This document shows, one piece after another, positions 43,307-52,342 of a stretch of 64,000 bases of DNA. A program made the position numbers and the translations under genes. This stretch comes from an uncultured Eubacteriales bacterium. Its GTDB lineage: Bacteria > Bacillota > Clostridia > Christensenellales > Aristaeellaceae. The stretch is from the NCBI GenBank assembly GCA_902799465.1, contig CADCAS010000001.1, positions 80,055 through 144,054 on the forward strand, written 5' to 3'. Positions within the stretch are counted from its first letter, which is position 1. Every line of letters starts with the position of its first letter. The notes under the pieces were generated by a model. It ran no database searches. It was not told the DNA's origin and saw only the letters and a program-made list of their open reading frames with translations.

Positions 43307-46300
43307 ATGGCAGACAATGAGAACAATGGCGTTCAGACTATACACGGTTTGAGCGTGGAGCAGAGCCTGCTGGGCGCCGTGAACGACGCGGCTACCCAGG
43401 AGCCCGACGAGGAATATGAGATCATCGCCGTGGAGGATCTGGAGCGGGTGAAGCTGGGCCGGCAGGGCGAGAACGAGACCCAGACCGTGCGCATCGACTG
43501 CAATGAATGGCTGGTGCAGCTCCAGGGGTGCACCTTCATGGTGGTGGCGCTGCGGCCCGGCGAGACGGAGCTGTACGTGCCGGACATCACGGTTTCCAAC
43601 GGACTGATCACCTGGCCCATCACAGCGCAGGACACCGCCTGCTCCGGCGCGGGCCGGGCGGAGGTGCGCGCGCTCAAGGGCGACGCGGTGAAGAAATCCA
43701 AGCTGTTCCGCACCTGGATCGAGCCCGCCCTGGAGGGCGCCATCGGCACGCCGGTGACCCCGCCCAACTGGGTAAAGGAGACGAAGGAAGCCCTCGACCG
43801 GGCCAACACCCTGATGGCGGACGCGCTGGCGGCTGCCAACGAGGCCAACGAAGCGGCGGAGAACCTGGACGACGAGGTGGCTGCCGCCAAGACCGACGCC
43901 CTGGACGCCATCGCGGCGGCAAAGACTGACGCGCAGGAAGCGGCGGACGCGACGCTTACGGACATCGCGGAGGCCCGCGACGCGGGCCTGGACGCCATTG
44001 ACGCGGCCCAGGCGGCGGCTGTGGCGGACGCTGCGGAGGCCATGAACACGGCGAAGGACGACGCTGTGGCGGCGGGAGAAGCGGCCCTGGAGGCCGCCAA
44101 GGTGGCGAAGCTGGAGGAAATCGCGGAAGCCAAGACCAACGCGGAGCAGATCGCGGCGGCGGCGGTGGAAATCGCCGAGGACGCCAACGCCAACGCCGTG
44201 CAGGCGCTGGAAAAGGCCACCAACGCCGAGAACGATTCCGCGACCTACGCGACGGACATTGACGAGCTGAAGTCTGGGATGCAGCGCTATAACCTGGAGA
44301 GCGGCAGCTACTTCGGCGGCGTATTCCTGGACGAGGACACCAACACGCTGTACTTCACCGACAAAAACGGCAGGGTCATTGCCGAGGTGGAGAACATCGG
44401 ACGCGGCGGCGGCGGCGGCGGTGGCGGCGACGACAGCGGCAGCAACAGCAAGATCCACATGGACAACATCAGCGGCTGGCAGTCCAAGACACTGGCGCGG
44501 AAGAAGGACGAGGCCGTCCCCAGCTGCCCGGTGACGCTGCAGTGGTCGTCCATTGAGAACGAGTTGCCGACCGGCAACGGCACGCTGCGGGTCATGGTCA
44601 ACGACAAGACCGAGGCCATGCTGGAGGTGCAGCAGGGCACTGTGGTGGTGGACGTAGCCGGGTATCTGAAGACCGGCTCCAACATGCTAGACTTCACGGT
44701 ATACGACATCTACGGCAAAAACCGCACCTGCCGCTGCTCGGTGGACGTCAAGGAGATGTACCTGGAGAGCACCCACGACAACACCCAGCCCCAGAAGGGC
44801 GCTTTTGCGTTCGCATACACGCCCTTCGGCAGCGTGCGCAAGCTCGTCCACTTCGAGATGGACGGCACGGAGCTGGGCACCGTGGAGACCTCCGTCAACG
44901 GACACCAGCAGAGCTACACCATCCCGAAGCAGACCCACGGGGCGCATGTGCTGCGCGTGTGGTTTGAGGCTGAGATCAACGGTCAGACGGTTCTGTCCAA
45001 TACGCTGTATTACGAGATCATCTGCATTGACCCGCTGAGCACCGCGCCGATCATCGTCTCCAACTTTGACCGCTCCACCGTGTCCCAGTATGAGACGCTG
45101 ACCATTGAATACAACGTCTATGACCCCATGCGCCTGGAAGCGCCGGTCACCATCGACGTGGACGGGACTCAGGTCGCGAGCCTGACCGCCAGCCGCGAGA
45201 CGCAGACCTTCACCTACCGGGTGAGCCGCGCCGGAGCGCTGGCCATCGCCATCAAGAGCGGCGAGACTACAAAGACCCTTGACCTGACGGTGACCGAGTC
45301 CGACGTGCACCCGGAGGCCGTGACCGACCAGCTGAGCCTGTACCTGGACGCCGCAGGCCGCAGCAATTCCGAAACCAACCCGGCAGTGTGGGAATACGGC
45401 AGTGGCGCGAGCAAGATCGCGGCGACGTTTACCGGCTACAACTGGACGCGGGACGGCTGGCTGCTGGATGAGAACGCCCTGACCTGCCTGCGCACGATGG
45501 GCGGCGGCAAGGTGACAATCCCCGCGCTGGTCTACGGCAGGGACTTCCGCTCCAGCGGCAAGACCATTGAAATTGAGTTCAAGAGCCACAACGTGCTGGA
45601 TTACGACAGCCCCATCATCAGCTGCATGAGCGGCAACAGGGGCTTTGAAATCTATGCCGACCACGCGGTATTCAAGAGCGCCCGCGCAGAGGTGAGCACC
45701 CGGTTCGCTACTGACAAGCGGATCCGGCTGACGCTGGCCGTGGAGCCTCAAAACGACTACCGGCTGGTATACCTGTACATCGACGGTATATATCAGAGCA
45801 TTTCCCAGTACTCCACCACCGACAGCTTCCAGCAGGCGGAGCCCGTGGGCATCACCGTGGGCGACAATGCCCGCTGCGGCGTGGACTTGTACAACGTTCG
45901 CGTGTATGACCGCTATCTGACCGGCGACGAGGTGCTCATGAACTACATCGCCGATCGGCAGGACGCCTTCGAGATGCTGGAGCTGTACCAGCGCAACGAC
46001 ATCTACGAAAACGGCCAGATCGCCATCAGCAGGCTGCCGAAAGACCTGCCCTACGCCGTTTTGACCGGCCCGGAGTCCCCGCAGTACAAGGGCGACAAAA
46101 AGACTGTGAGCATGGTCTACGACGAGCCCGCCAACAGCGCACGGCACCTGGTGGCCCAGGGCGTGGTCGTGAACGTGCAGGGCACCAGCTCCCAGTATTA
46201 CGCTGTCAAGAATCTGAAGATCACCTTCAAGGAAGGTGCGACGGTGAACGGGCGGCTGGTGATGGGCTTCACCATCCGGGACGGCAGCATCATGGTGGAC

Positions 46301-49300
46301 ACGTTTACACTGAAGGCGGACGTGGCCTCCTCGGAGAGCGCCAACAACATTGTGCTGGCGAAGCTGTTTGACGACCTGTCCCAGGAGCTGGGCATCCTGA
46401 CCCCGCCCCAGAAAAAGAACCGGGCCGTGCGGCAGGGCATGGACGGCTTCCCCTGTGCTGTGTTCTGGGATTATGGCGACGGCCCCGTGTTCATCGGCAA
46501 GTACAACTTCAACAACGACAAGGGTACCCCGGAAACCTTCGGCTTTGCGGATGGTGACGAGGTGTGGGACGTGCGCAACTTCGACAGCCAGCTTTCCAAG
46601 TTCCGCACGAACGTGTTCGGCGACAGCTGGACGGACGATTATGAGTCCATCTTCCCGGAGGACTACTTCGACAGCACCCGGCTGCAGGCCATGACGGACT
46701 TCATCTACGGCACCTGGCAGGAGAACGCCAGCGGTAACGCGCTGCCGGAGGCCGTGACCTATGATGGCGTGAGCTACGACCACGACACCGCCGCCTACCG
46801 CCTGGCGAAATTCAAGGCCGAGTACGGCGACTGGTATGACCTGGACAATGCGGCGTTTTTCTACGTGTTCACGCTGGTCATGCTGCTGGCGGACAACCGG
46901 CAGAAAAACGAGCACCTGGCCTGGTATGACGATATCAAAAGGTGGTGGGAGCTGCCCTACGACTTTGACACCGCGCTGGGCACCGACAACCTGGGCCGAC
47001 TGACCTTTGAATACTGGATGGAGGATATTGACCAGGTCGGCGGCAAGAACATCTTCAACGGCCAGGACAACGTGAAATGGCAGAACTACCGGCAGGCGTT
47101 CTGGGCTCGCTGCTGCGCTATGTATCAGCGGATGCGCTCTACCGGCAAGTTTTCGGCGGAGTACATCGCCACACTTATCGACGTCTGGCAGGGAAGCTGG
47201 CCGGAGGCCATGTGGAACGAGGATGGCGAGTACAAGTACACCAACCCGCTGCGCAGGGACGGCATCACCACCTATCTGTCCATGGCGCTGGGCAGCAAGA
47301 AAGGCCAGCGCTACGACTTCCTGGTGTGGCGGTTTGCCTACTGTGACAGCCTGTTTGACGCGGGTGACGCGCTCCAGACCATCATGTTCCGGCCCTACTT
47401 CCACATCACGGAGGCGCAGCGGGCCAGCGGCGACTACGACGTGACGGTGGAACTCTACAAAAAGGGCTACGTCAAGCTGCTGTGGGACGACACCGCCACG
47501 GGCGAGCGCCTGGTGGGCAACACGCTGACCTGCCAGTGCGAGAACCCCTACACGGACGCCAACCAGGCCGTGTGCAACCTGCACAGCGCCAAGATGATAA
47601 AGGACATCCGGGGCCTCGAAAAGCTGAACGTGCAGTATTTTGACGGCTCCAAGGCCGAGAACCTCCAGGCCATCCGACTGGGCAGCCAGGAGGAGGGCTA
47701 CGTCAACGAAATGACCACCGAGGTATCGGCGGGCGCGAACAGGAAGCTGACTCTGGTCGAGCTGACCGGGTGCGTGAACTTCGGCACCGGCGACCAGAAG
47801 GTGCTGACGCTGACCCAGTGCCCGAACCTGGAAAAGGTCTACGCGACCCGGACGGCGCTCCAGGGCGTTGACCTGCCCAACGGCGGCGTGCTGAACACGC
47901 TGAAGCTGCCTGCGACCACCAGCAGCCTGGTGATCCGCAACCAGCCCCGGCTGACGGACGCGAACCTGACGCTGGCGGGCTGGGACAACATCGACCAGCT
48001 CTGGCTTGAGAACATGAGCGGCCTGGACACCAAGGCCATATTCAACCGGGTGCCCGTGGGCACCGCCGTGCGCATTACGGGCTTCACCTGGGAGGTGACC
48101 GGCGCAGCGGAAATTGACACCATCATGGACAGGCTGGACACCATGCGCGGTATCAGCATCAACGGCCAGGGGCAGAGCGAGGAAGTGGACGACGCGCAGA
48201 TGAGCGGCACCATTCACGCCAGCGCCCTGCGCGGCGACGACATCGCCCGGTGGAAGGAGCGCTATCCCACCATCAACGTGACTGCCGACCACACCTCCTC
48301 CACCAAGACCTTCAAGAGCTGGGACGGTTCTACGACCGTGGGGACGGTGGAGTATGCCGACGGCAGGCCCGTGACGGCGCTGCCGAGTGTCCCGGCGAGG
48401 ACGGAGACCGCCCAGTACACCTTCACGGCGGTGGGCTGGAATACTGCGGAGGACGCCCAGACCGCGAACTTTGACGCGAGCACCGTCAACGACAGCGACC
48501 TGACCCTGTATGCCGCTTACAGCCGCACGGTGCGCAGTTATCCCATCACCTGGGCCAACGACGACAACAGCCAGCTGGACAGCGAGACCTACCAGTACGG
48601 CCAGCGGCCCAGCTATAAGAAGGGCACGCCTGTGAGCGCGGTGGACAGCAGCAGGCCGTTCGTGTCCTGGACGCCCACCATTGTGGATGTGACCGGGCCT
48701 GCGACCTACAAGGCGAGCTACATTCCGATTTACACCGCGACCTTCGTGAGGGCTGCGGAGGACGGCGGCGGGACGCTGGGAACCAAGAATTACCAGGACG
48801 GCCAGACGGTGACGGACGACGGCATCACGACGCCCACCAGCACCCGCGAGGGTTACACCTTCAGCGGGTGGACGCCTGCCCTGGGTGTGATCCACGCGAA
48901 CACGACCTACACGGCGAAGTTCAAAGCGCCCAGCGACGCCCCGACGGCGACCACTGCCGACGGCGCTTATGGCGTGGAGTGGGACTACAACGCCAGCGCC
49001 ACCACGCTGACCAGGAAGGGCCTTGCGGCGAGCTTCAGCAACCCGACGCCCGCCACGGCGGTGGACGGCAGCGGCTCCTCGCCCTTTGACACCATCGCGC
49101 CCTGGAAGGACATGAAGCGCTTCAACGTCGTGAGAGGCGCGGCGTCTGATTCGCAGAATCAGCCGTCCGCGGTTTCCGGCGACGCCGGAAACTCGGAATC
49201 CCAAGGGGATTCCGACCTTTGGACGCTGGTGCCCGACACCGACGCGAGCTTCGACGAGGCCGCCAACGACACGGTGGTGTACATCCCCGAGTTCTACTAC

Positions 49301-50095
49301 ACCGCCTACAAGGACACGACCAACAAGAAGTGGCTGTGGGCCATCAGCCCGACTCAGCTTCCGGGCTACAAGAAACACCCCGGCAGCGGCTGCTATGTGG
49401 GCCGCTTCCACACCGGCGGCGACAGCTCTGCGGTGTATTCCAAGGGCGGCGTGGCCCCGCTGGTGAGCACCACCCGCGCCAACTTCCGCACCTACAGCAA
49501 GGCCAAGGGCAACGGCTGGCACCAGATCGACCTGGCCACCTGGTCCGCCATCCAGCTGCTCTACCTGGTGGAGTTTGCCAACTGGCACAGCCAGGACCAG
49601 CTGGGCACCGGCCAGAATACCGGCAGCATCAAGGCCACCGGCGCGACCACCGGCGCAGTCTACCACACCCTCAAGCGCAGCGGCGCCAGCAACATGTACC
49701 GCTGGATCGAGAATCCGTTCAGCAATGTGCTGACGTGGGTGGACGGCTTTGTGGCCAACAACCGGGCGGCCTATGTCAGCACCGACATGGCCAGCTACGG
49801 CGAGAGCACCAGCGGCATGGAGGCCGCGGGCATCACGCTGCCCAGCAGCGAGATGATCACCGGCCTGGGCTACAGCGAGAAATGCGCCTGGGCGTTTATC
49901 CCGGACACCGCAAGCGGCGGCAGCGCGACCACTTATGTCACTGACCGCGTGTACTCCGACGCCGGCGTGCGGCTGGTGGCCGTTGGCGGCAACTACTACT
50001 CCAACGACCACTGTGGCGTGTTCTACTTCGGCGCGGATTGGAGCGTCGCCGGAGCCAGCGCCAGCCTGGGCTCCCGTCTCCTTTATAAGCCCTGA
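43307..50095 (+). CDS. giant tail fibre / receptor-binding protein (2262 aa), DGR target with a C-type-lectin-fold C-terminus
   Basis: GAGGAGGA RBS. Ala-rich coiled coil, poly-Gly hinge, LamG-like, LRR-like and Listeria-Bacteroides-type repeats. C-terminal ...GGNYYSNDHCGVFYFGADW... carries the VR. Confidence 0.88.
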   Translation: MADNENNGVQTIHGLSVEQSLLGAVNDAATQEPDEEYEIIAVEDLERVKLGRQGENETQTVRIDCNEWLVQLQGCTFMVVALRPGETELYVPDITVSNGLITWPITAQDTACSGAGRAEVRALKGDAVKKSKLFRTWIEPALEGAIGTPVTPPNWVKETKEALDRANTLMADALAAANEANEAAENLDDEVAAAKTDALDAIAAAKTDAQEAADATLTDIAEARDAGLDAIDAAQAAAVADAAEAMNTAKDDAVAAGEAALEAAKVAKLEEIAEAKTNAEQIAAAAVEIAEDANANAVQALEKATNAENDSATYATDIDELKSGMQRYNLESGSYFGGVFLDEDTNTLYFTDKNGRVIAEVENIGRGGGGGGGGDDSGSNSKIHMDNISGWQSKTLARKKDEAVPSCPVTLQWSSIENELPTGNGTLRVMVNDKTEAMLEVQQGTVVVDVAGYLKTGSNMLDFTVYDIYGKNRTCRCSVDVKEMYLESTHDNTQPQKGAFAFAYTPFGSVRKLVHFEMDGTELGTVETSVNGHQQSYTIPKQTHGAHVLRVWFEAEINGQTVLSNTLYYEIICIDPLSTAPIIVSNFDRSTVSQYETLTIEYNVYDPMRLEAPVTIDVDGTQVASLTASRETQTFTYRVSRAGALAIAIKSGETTKTLDLTVTESDVHPEAVTDQLSLYLDAAGRSNSETNPAVWEYGSGASKIAATFTGYNWTRDGWLLDENALTCLRTMGGGKVTIPALVYGRDFRSSGKTIEIEFKSHNVLDYDSPIISCMSGNRGFEIYADHAVFKSARAEVSTRFATDKRIRLTLAVEPQNDYRLVYLYIDGIYQSISQYSTTDSFQQAEPVGITVGDNARCGVDLYNVRVYDRYLTGDEVLMNYIADRQDAFEMLELYQRNDIYENGQIAISRLPKDLPYAVLTGPESPQYKGDKKTVSMVYDEPANSARHLVAQGVVVNVQGTSSQYYAVKNLKITFKEGATVNGRLVMGFTIRDGSIMVDTFTLKADVASSESANNIVLAKLFDDLSQELGILTPPQKKNRAVRQGMDGFPCAVFWDYGDGPVFIGKYNFNNDKGTPETFGFADGDEVWDVRNFDSQLSKFRTNVFGDSWTDDYESIFPEDYFDSTRLQAMTDFIYGTWQENASGNALPEAVTYDGVSYDHDTAAYRLAKFKAEYGDWYDLDNAAFFYVFTLVMLLADNRQKNEHLAWYDDIKRWWELPYDFDTALGTDNLGRLTFEYWMEDIDQVGGKNIFNGQDNVKWQNYRQAFWARCCAMYQRMRSTGKFSAEYIATLIDVWQGSWPEAMWNEDGEYKYTNPLRRDGITTYLSMALGSKKGQRYDFLVWRFAYCDSLFDAGDALQTIMFRPYFHITEAQRASGDYDVTVELYKKGYVKLLWDDTATGERLVGNTLTCQCENPYTDANQAVCNLHSAKMIKDIRGLEKLNVQYFDGSKAENLQAIRLGSQEEGYVNEMTTEVSAGANRKLTLVELTGCVNFGTGDQKVLTLTQCPNLEKVYATRTALQGVDLPNGGVLNTLKLPATTSSLVIRNQPRLTDANLTLAGWDNIDQLWLENMSGLDTKAIFNRVPVGTAVRITGFTWEVTGAAEIDTIMDRLDTMRGISINGQGQSEEVDDAQMSGTIHASALRGDDIARWKERYPTINVTADHTSSTKTFKSWDGSTTVGTVEYADGRPVTALPSVPARTETAQYTFTAVGWNTAEDAQTANFDASTVNDSDLTLYAAYSRTVRSYPITWANDDNSQLDSETYQYGQRPSYKKGTPVSAVDSSRPFVSWTPTIVDVTGPATYKASYIPIYTATFVRAAEDGGGTLGTKNYQDGQTVTDDGITTPTSTREGYTFSGWTPALGVIHANTTYTAKFKAPSDAPTATTADGAYGVEWDYNASATTLTRKGLAASFSNPTPATAVDGSGSSPFDTIAPWKDMKRFNVVRGAASDSQNQPSAVSGDAGNSESQGDSDLWTLVPDTDASFDEAANDTVVYIPEFYYTAYKDTTNKKWLWAISPTQLPGYKKHPGSGCYVGRFHTGGDSSAVYSKGGVAPLVSTTRANFRTYSKAKGNGWHQIDLATWSAIQLLYLVEFANWHSQDQLGTGQNTGSIKATGATTGAVYHTLKRSGASNMYRWIENPFSNVLTWVDGFVANNRAAYVSTDMASYGESTSGMEAAGITLPSSEMITGLGYSEKCAWAFIPDTASGGSATTYVTDRVYSDAGVRLVAVGGNYYSNDHCGVFYFGADWSVAGASASLGSRLLYKP
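49944..50083 (+). repeat. DGR variable repeat (VR)
   Basis: 140-nt match to 50214-50353 with 17 mismatches, all opposite TR adenines. Confidence 0.9.
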
Positions 50096-50102
50096 CGGGG
50101 GA

Positions 50103-50122
50103 CCGGGGGCCGCAGCCCCCGG
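50103..50122 (+). promoter_or_regulatory. GC hairpin 8 nt downstream of the VR gene stop (DGR target-recognition-type element)
   Basis: CCGGGGGC-CGCA-GCCCCCGG: 8-bp GC stem, 4-nt loop. Confidence 0.6.
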
Positions 50123-50213
50123 AAACGTGGCCCAGCTACAGAGAGGATGATTGCTATGAAGTAGCAGCTTAATAAAAGGGATTACCCATGCAGTGGGCCA
50201 GGCTATGCGTTTC

Positions 50214-50353
50214 ACCGCGTGAACTCCAACACCGGCGTGCAGCTGGTGGCCGTTGGCGGCAACTACAACTCCAACGACAACTATGGCGTGTTCTACTTCA
50301 ACGCGAATTGGAACGTCACCGAAACCAACGCCAACCTGGGCTCCCGTCACCTT
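50214..50353 (+). repeat. DGR template repeat (TR), noncoding
   Basis: A-rich (AAC-codon-rich in VR register) invariant copy. Bracketed by the inverted repeat ATTACCCATGCA (50181-92) / TGCATGGGTAAT (50378-89). Confidence 0.9.
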
Positions 50354-50380
50354 GTTTAATGATCCATGTTTTAGCATTGC

Positions 50381-50590
50381 ATGGGTAATTCCGCAGCACT
50401 CGCTGAAAATTCTACCGACAGGACGGGGTTTAGTAGGACGGGGCCGGACTTTGAGTCTGGCCCCGTTTCGGACGACCCCGAGGTAAACAAGGAGGCATTA
50501 GAGCTGGCGCTGAACGGCATCGAGACGGACGACGGGCAGCTGGAGAGAGCAGAGGAACAATTCAGGAAAGACGTGGAAGGATGGTGCTAA
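50381..50590 (+). CDS. doubtful small acidic ORF
   Basis: The only in-frame ATG sits inside the TR-flanking inverted repeat. The first half has non-coding-like codon usage and crosses a hairpin (50441-50465). The second half looks coding and follows an AAGGAGG at 50489. Confidence 0.25.
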   Translation: MGNSAALAENSTDRTGFSRTGPDFESGPVSDDPEVNKEALELALNGIETDDGQLERAEEQFRKDVEGWC

Positions 50591-51630
50591 GGATGAAAGC
50601 GGTGGAAAGACTGATCGCAACGGCTGAAGCGGAGCTCGGCTACCTGGAGAAAAAGAGCAATAAGGACCTGGACAGCAAGACGGCCAACGCCGGCAGCGCG
50701 AATTATACGAAGTATAACCGCGACCTGAAGAACTGGACCGGCGTGGGCAGCCTGAGCGCCCAGTGGTGCCAGGCGTTTGTGGACTGGTTATTTATTATGG
50801 CCTTCGGCGTGGAAGTTGCGAAGAAGCTGCTGGGCAAATTCACCAACTACACACCCACCGGGTCCGACGCCTTCAAGAAGCGGGACGCCTACATCAAGCG
50901 GGGCAAGGGAAAGCCGAAGCGCGGCGACGTGATTTATTTTTACTCCAGCGCGAAGGGCAGGATCGGCCACGTGGGCATCGTGACGGATGTCACCAGCTCC
51001 AAGGTGTACACCATCGAAGGCAACACCAGCGGGGCCAGCAGCCTGGTGACGAACGGCGGCGGCGTCAAAAAGAAGAGTTACAGCCTGTCCAGCACCTACA
51101 TCGACGGCTATGGCAGCGTGGATTATTCCGTGGTGGACGGTCTGGACTTCAAGGCCCCGGAAGTGGTGGCCGTGAAGCTGGGCGACCGGCTGCTGAAGAA
51201 CGGCAGCGAGGGCGACGACGTGAAAGAGCTCCAGGCGGCGCTGATCGGCCTGGGCTTCAGCTGCGGCAGCTATGGCGCGGACGGCGAATATGGGGATTGC
51301 ACTGAGATGGCCGTACGGGCCTTCCAGGCGGCCCACGGCTGCGAAGTCGATGGAGAATATGGCCCGGAGACGCACGCGGCCCTGGAGGCCGCCGTGGACG
51401 CCCAGAGCGCCGGAGCGGACCCGGAGGCCGCCCAGTATGTGCAAATTGAAAAGGGTAAAAAGTGCTACATAAGGACCGGCCCCGGCACGGAGAACAAGGC
51501 CCTGGGCGTGGCGCACAGCCTGGACAAGCTGCAATACGCGGGCGAGACCGCGGAAAACGGCTGGCACCGGGTCAAGTACGGGAACGGGCTGGCCTGGGTA
51601 TCCGGCAAGTACGGGAAGCTGGTGGCGTGA
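50581..51630 (+). CDS. endolysin (CHAP/NlpC-P60-type amidase + PG_binding_1 + SH3-like)
   Basis: QWCQAFVDW (catalytic Cys context), GHVGIV...IEGNT, LKNGSEGDDVKELQAAL, and C-terminal SH3-like GWHRVKYGNGLAWV. Confidence 0.88.
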   Translation: MVLRMKAVERLIATAEAELGYLEKKSNKDLDSKTANAGSANYTKYNRDLKNWTGVGSLSAQWCQAFVDWLFIMAFGVEVAKKLLGKFTNYTPTGSDAFKKRDAYIKRGKGKPKRGDVIYFYSSAKGRIGHVGIVTDVTSSKVYTIEGNTSGASSLVTNGGGVKKKSYSLSSTYIDGYGSVDYSVVDGLDFKAPEVVAVKLGDRLLKNGSEGDDVKELQAALIGLGFSCGSYGADGEYGDCTEMAVRAFQAAHGCEVDGEYGPETHAALEAAVDAQSAGADPEAAQYVQIEKGKKCYIRTGPGTENKALGVAHSLDKLQYAGETAENGWHRVKYGNGLAWVSGKYGKLVA

Positions 51631-51776
51631 TGCAGCGGGAAATATTGGTGGCCGTGGCCTGGGCGGACCTGATCCTATGCGAAGTCGGCAAAATCCTGGC
51701 CATGGTGATCCCCGCGGCGCTGATTGGAGCGCTGGCGGCGCTGGTGTTTGAGTATCAGCGGAGAAAGCGGAGGTGA
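51630..51776 (+). CDS. small membrane protein (lysis accessory?)
   Basis: 48 aa with one TM helix and a basic tail RRKRR; its ATG overlaps the endolysin stop. Confidence 0.4.
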   Translation: MQREILVAVAWADLILCEVGKILAMVIPAALIGALAALVFEYQRRKRR

Positions 51777-51833
51777 TGGCCTATGAGGGGATAGAGCCAT
51801 GGGCGACCATAAAACAAAAGGGAGGAATAGAAA

Positions 51834-52274
51834 ATGGATAAGGTATGGTCCGAGGTAGTGAAGATCATGGCCGCAGGCGTGGGCATCATCGCCGGATTCT
51901 ATGGCGGATGGACGCCGGGCAGTCGGGTGCTGGTGGTGCTGATGGTGGTGGACTACATCACCGGCCTGGCCTGCGCCCTGACCGGGCACAGCACAAAGAC
52001 CGAAAGCGGCCACTTTTGGTCGCAGGTGGCCTTTGTGGGATTGCTCAAAAAGGGCGTTATTATGCTGGTCATCCTGGTGGCCGCGCAGCTGGACGGCGTG
52101 ATTAACGGCGGCGAGGGCGTGACCCTGTTCCGGTCCGCCGCTGAATTTTTCTATATTGCCAGTGAGGGCCTGTCCATCGTGGAGAACGCGGGTCTCCTGG
52201 GTGTGCCCGTGCCCAAGGGCATCAAGCAGGCCCTGGAGGCGCTACGGGATAAGAACGACAAGGACAAAGACTAA
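51834..52274 (+). CDS. holin (phage_holin_4-like)
   Basis: 146 aa, 3-4 TM helices, charged C-terminus; VVDYITG...FYIASEGLSIVENAGLLG. Confidence 0.85.
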   Translation: MDKVWSEVVKIMAAGVGIIAGFYGGWTPGSRVLVVLMVVDYITGLACALTGHSTKTESGHFWSQVAFVGLLKKGVIMLVILVAAQLDGVINGGEGVTLFRSAAEFFYIASEGLSIVENAGLLGVPVPKGIKQALEALRDKNDKDKD

Positions 52275-52285
52275 CCAAACAAGCG

Positions 52286-52315
52286 GCGCTCATCCGAAAG
52301 GGTGGGCGCTTTTTT
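52286..52315 (+). terminator. rho-independent terminator after the holin gene
   Basis: GCGCTCATCC-GAAA-GGGTGGGCGC (with G-U pairs), then TTTTTT. Confidence 0.6.
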
Positions 52316-52342
52316 CTGTTTTAGAAGAAAGGGGGGATAGCT

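Noticed and set aside
44687-50377. 1896-aa ORF on the minus strand, antisense to the giant tail-fibre gene
   Set aside because: It is a stop-free shadow frame of a GC3-rich gene. The translation is Gly/Ala/Val/His/Arg-rich low-complexity sequence with no motifs, whereas the plus-strand frame has recognisable domains, an RBS and synteny.
50188-50486. Track ORFs 50188..50388 and 50253..50486 overlapping the template repeat
   Set aside because: Their translations are Arg/Gln/Thr-rich and repeat-driven. The region is better explained as the noncoding DGR TR RNA. In the VR register the TR frame is closed by a TGA just upstream.
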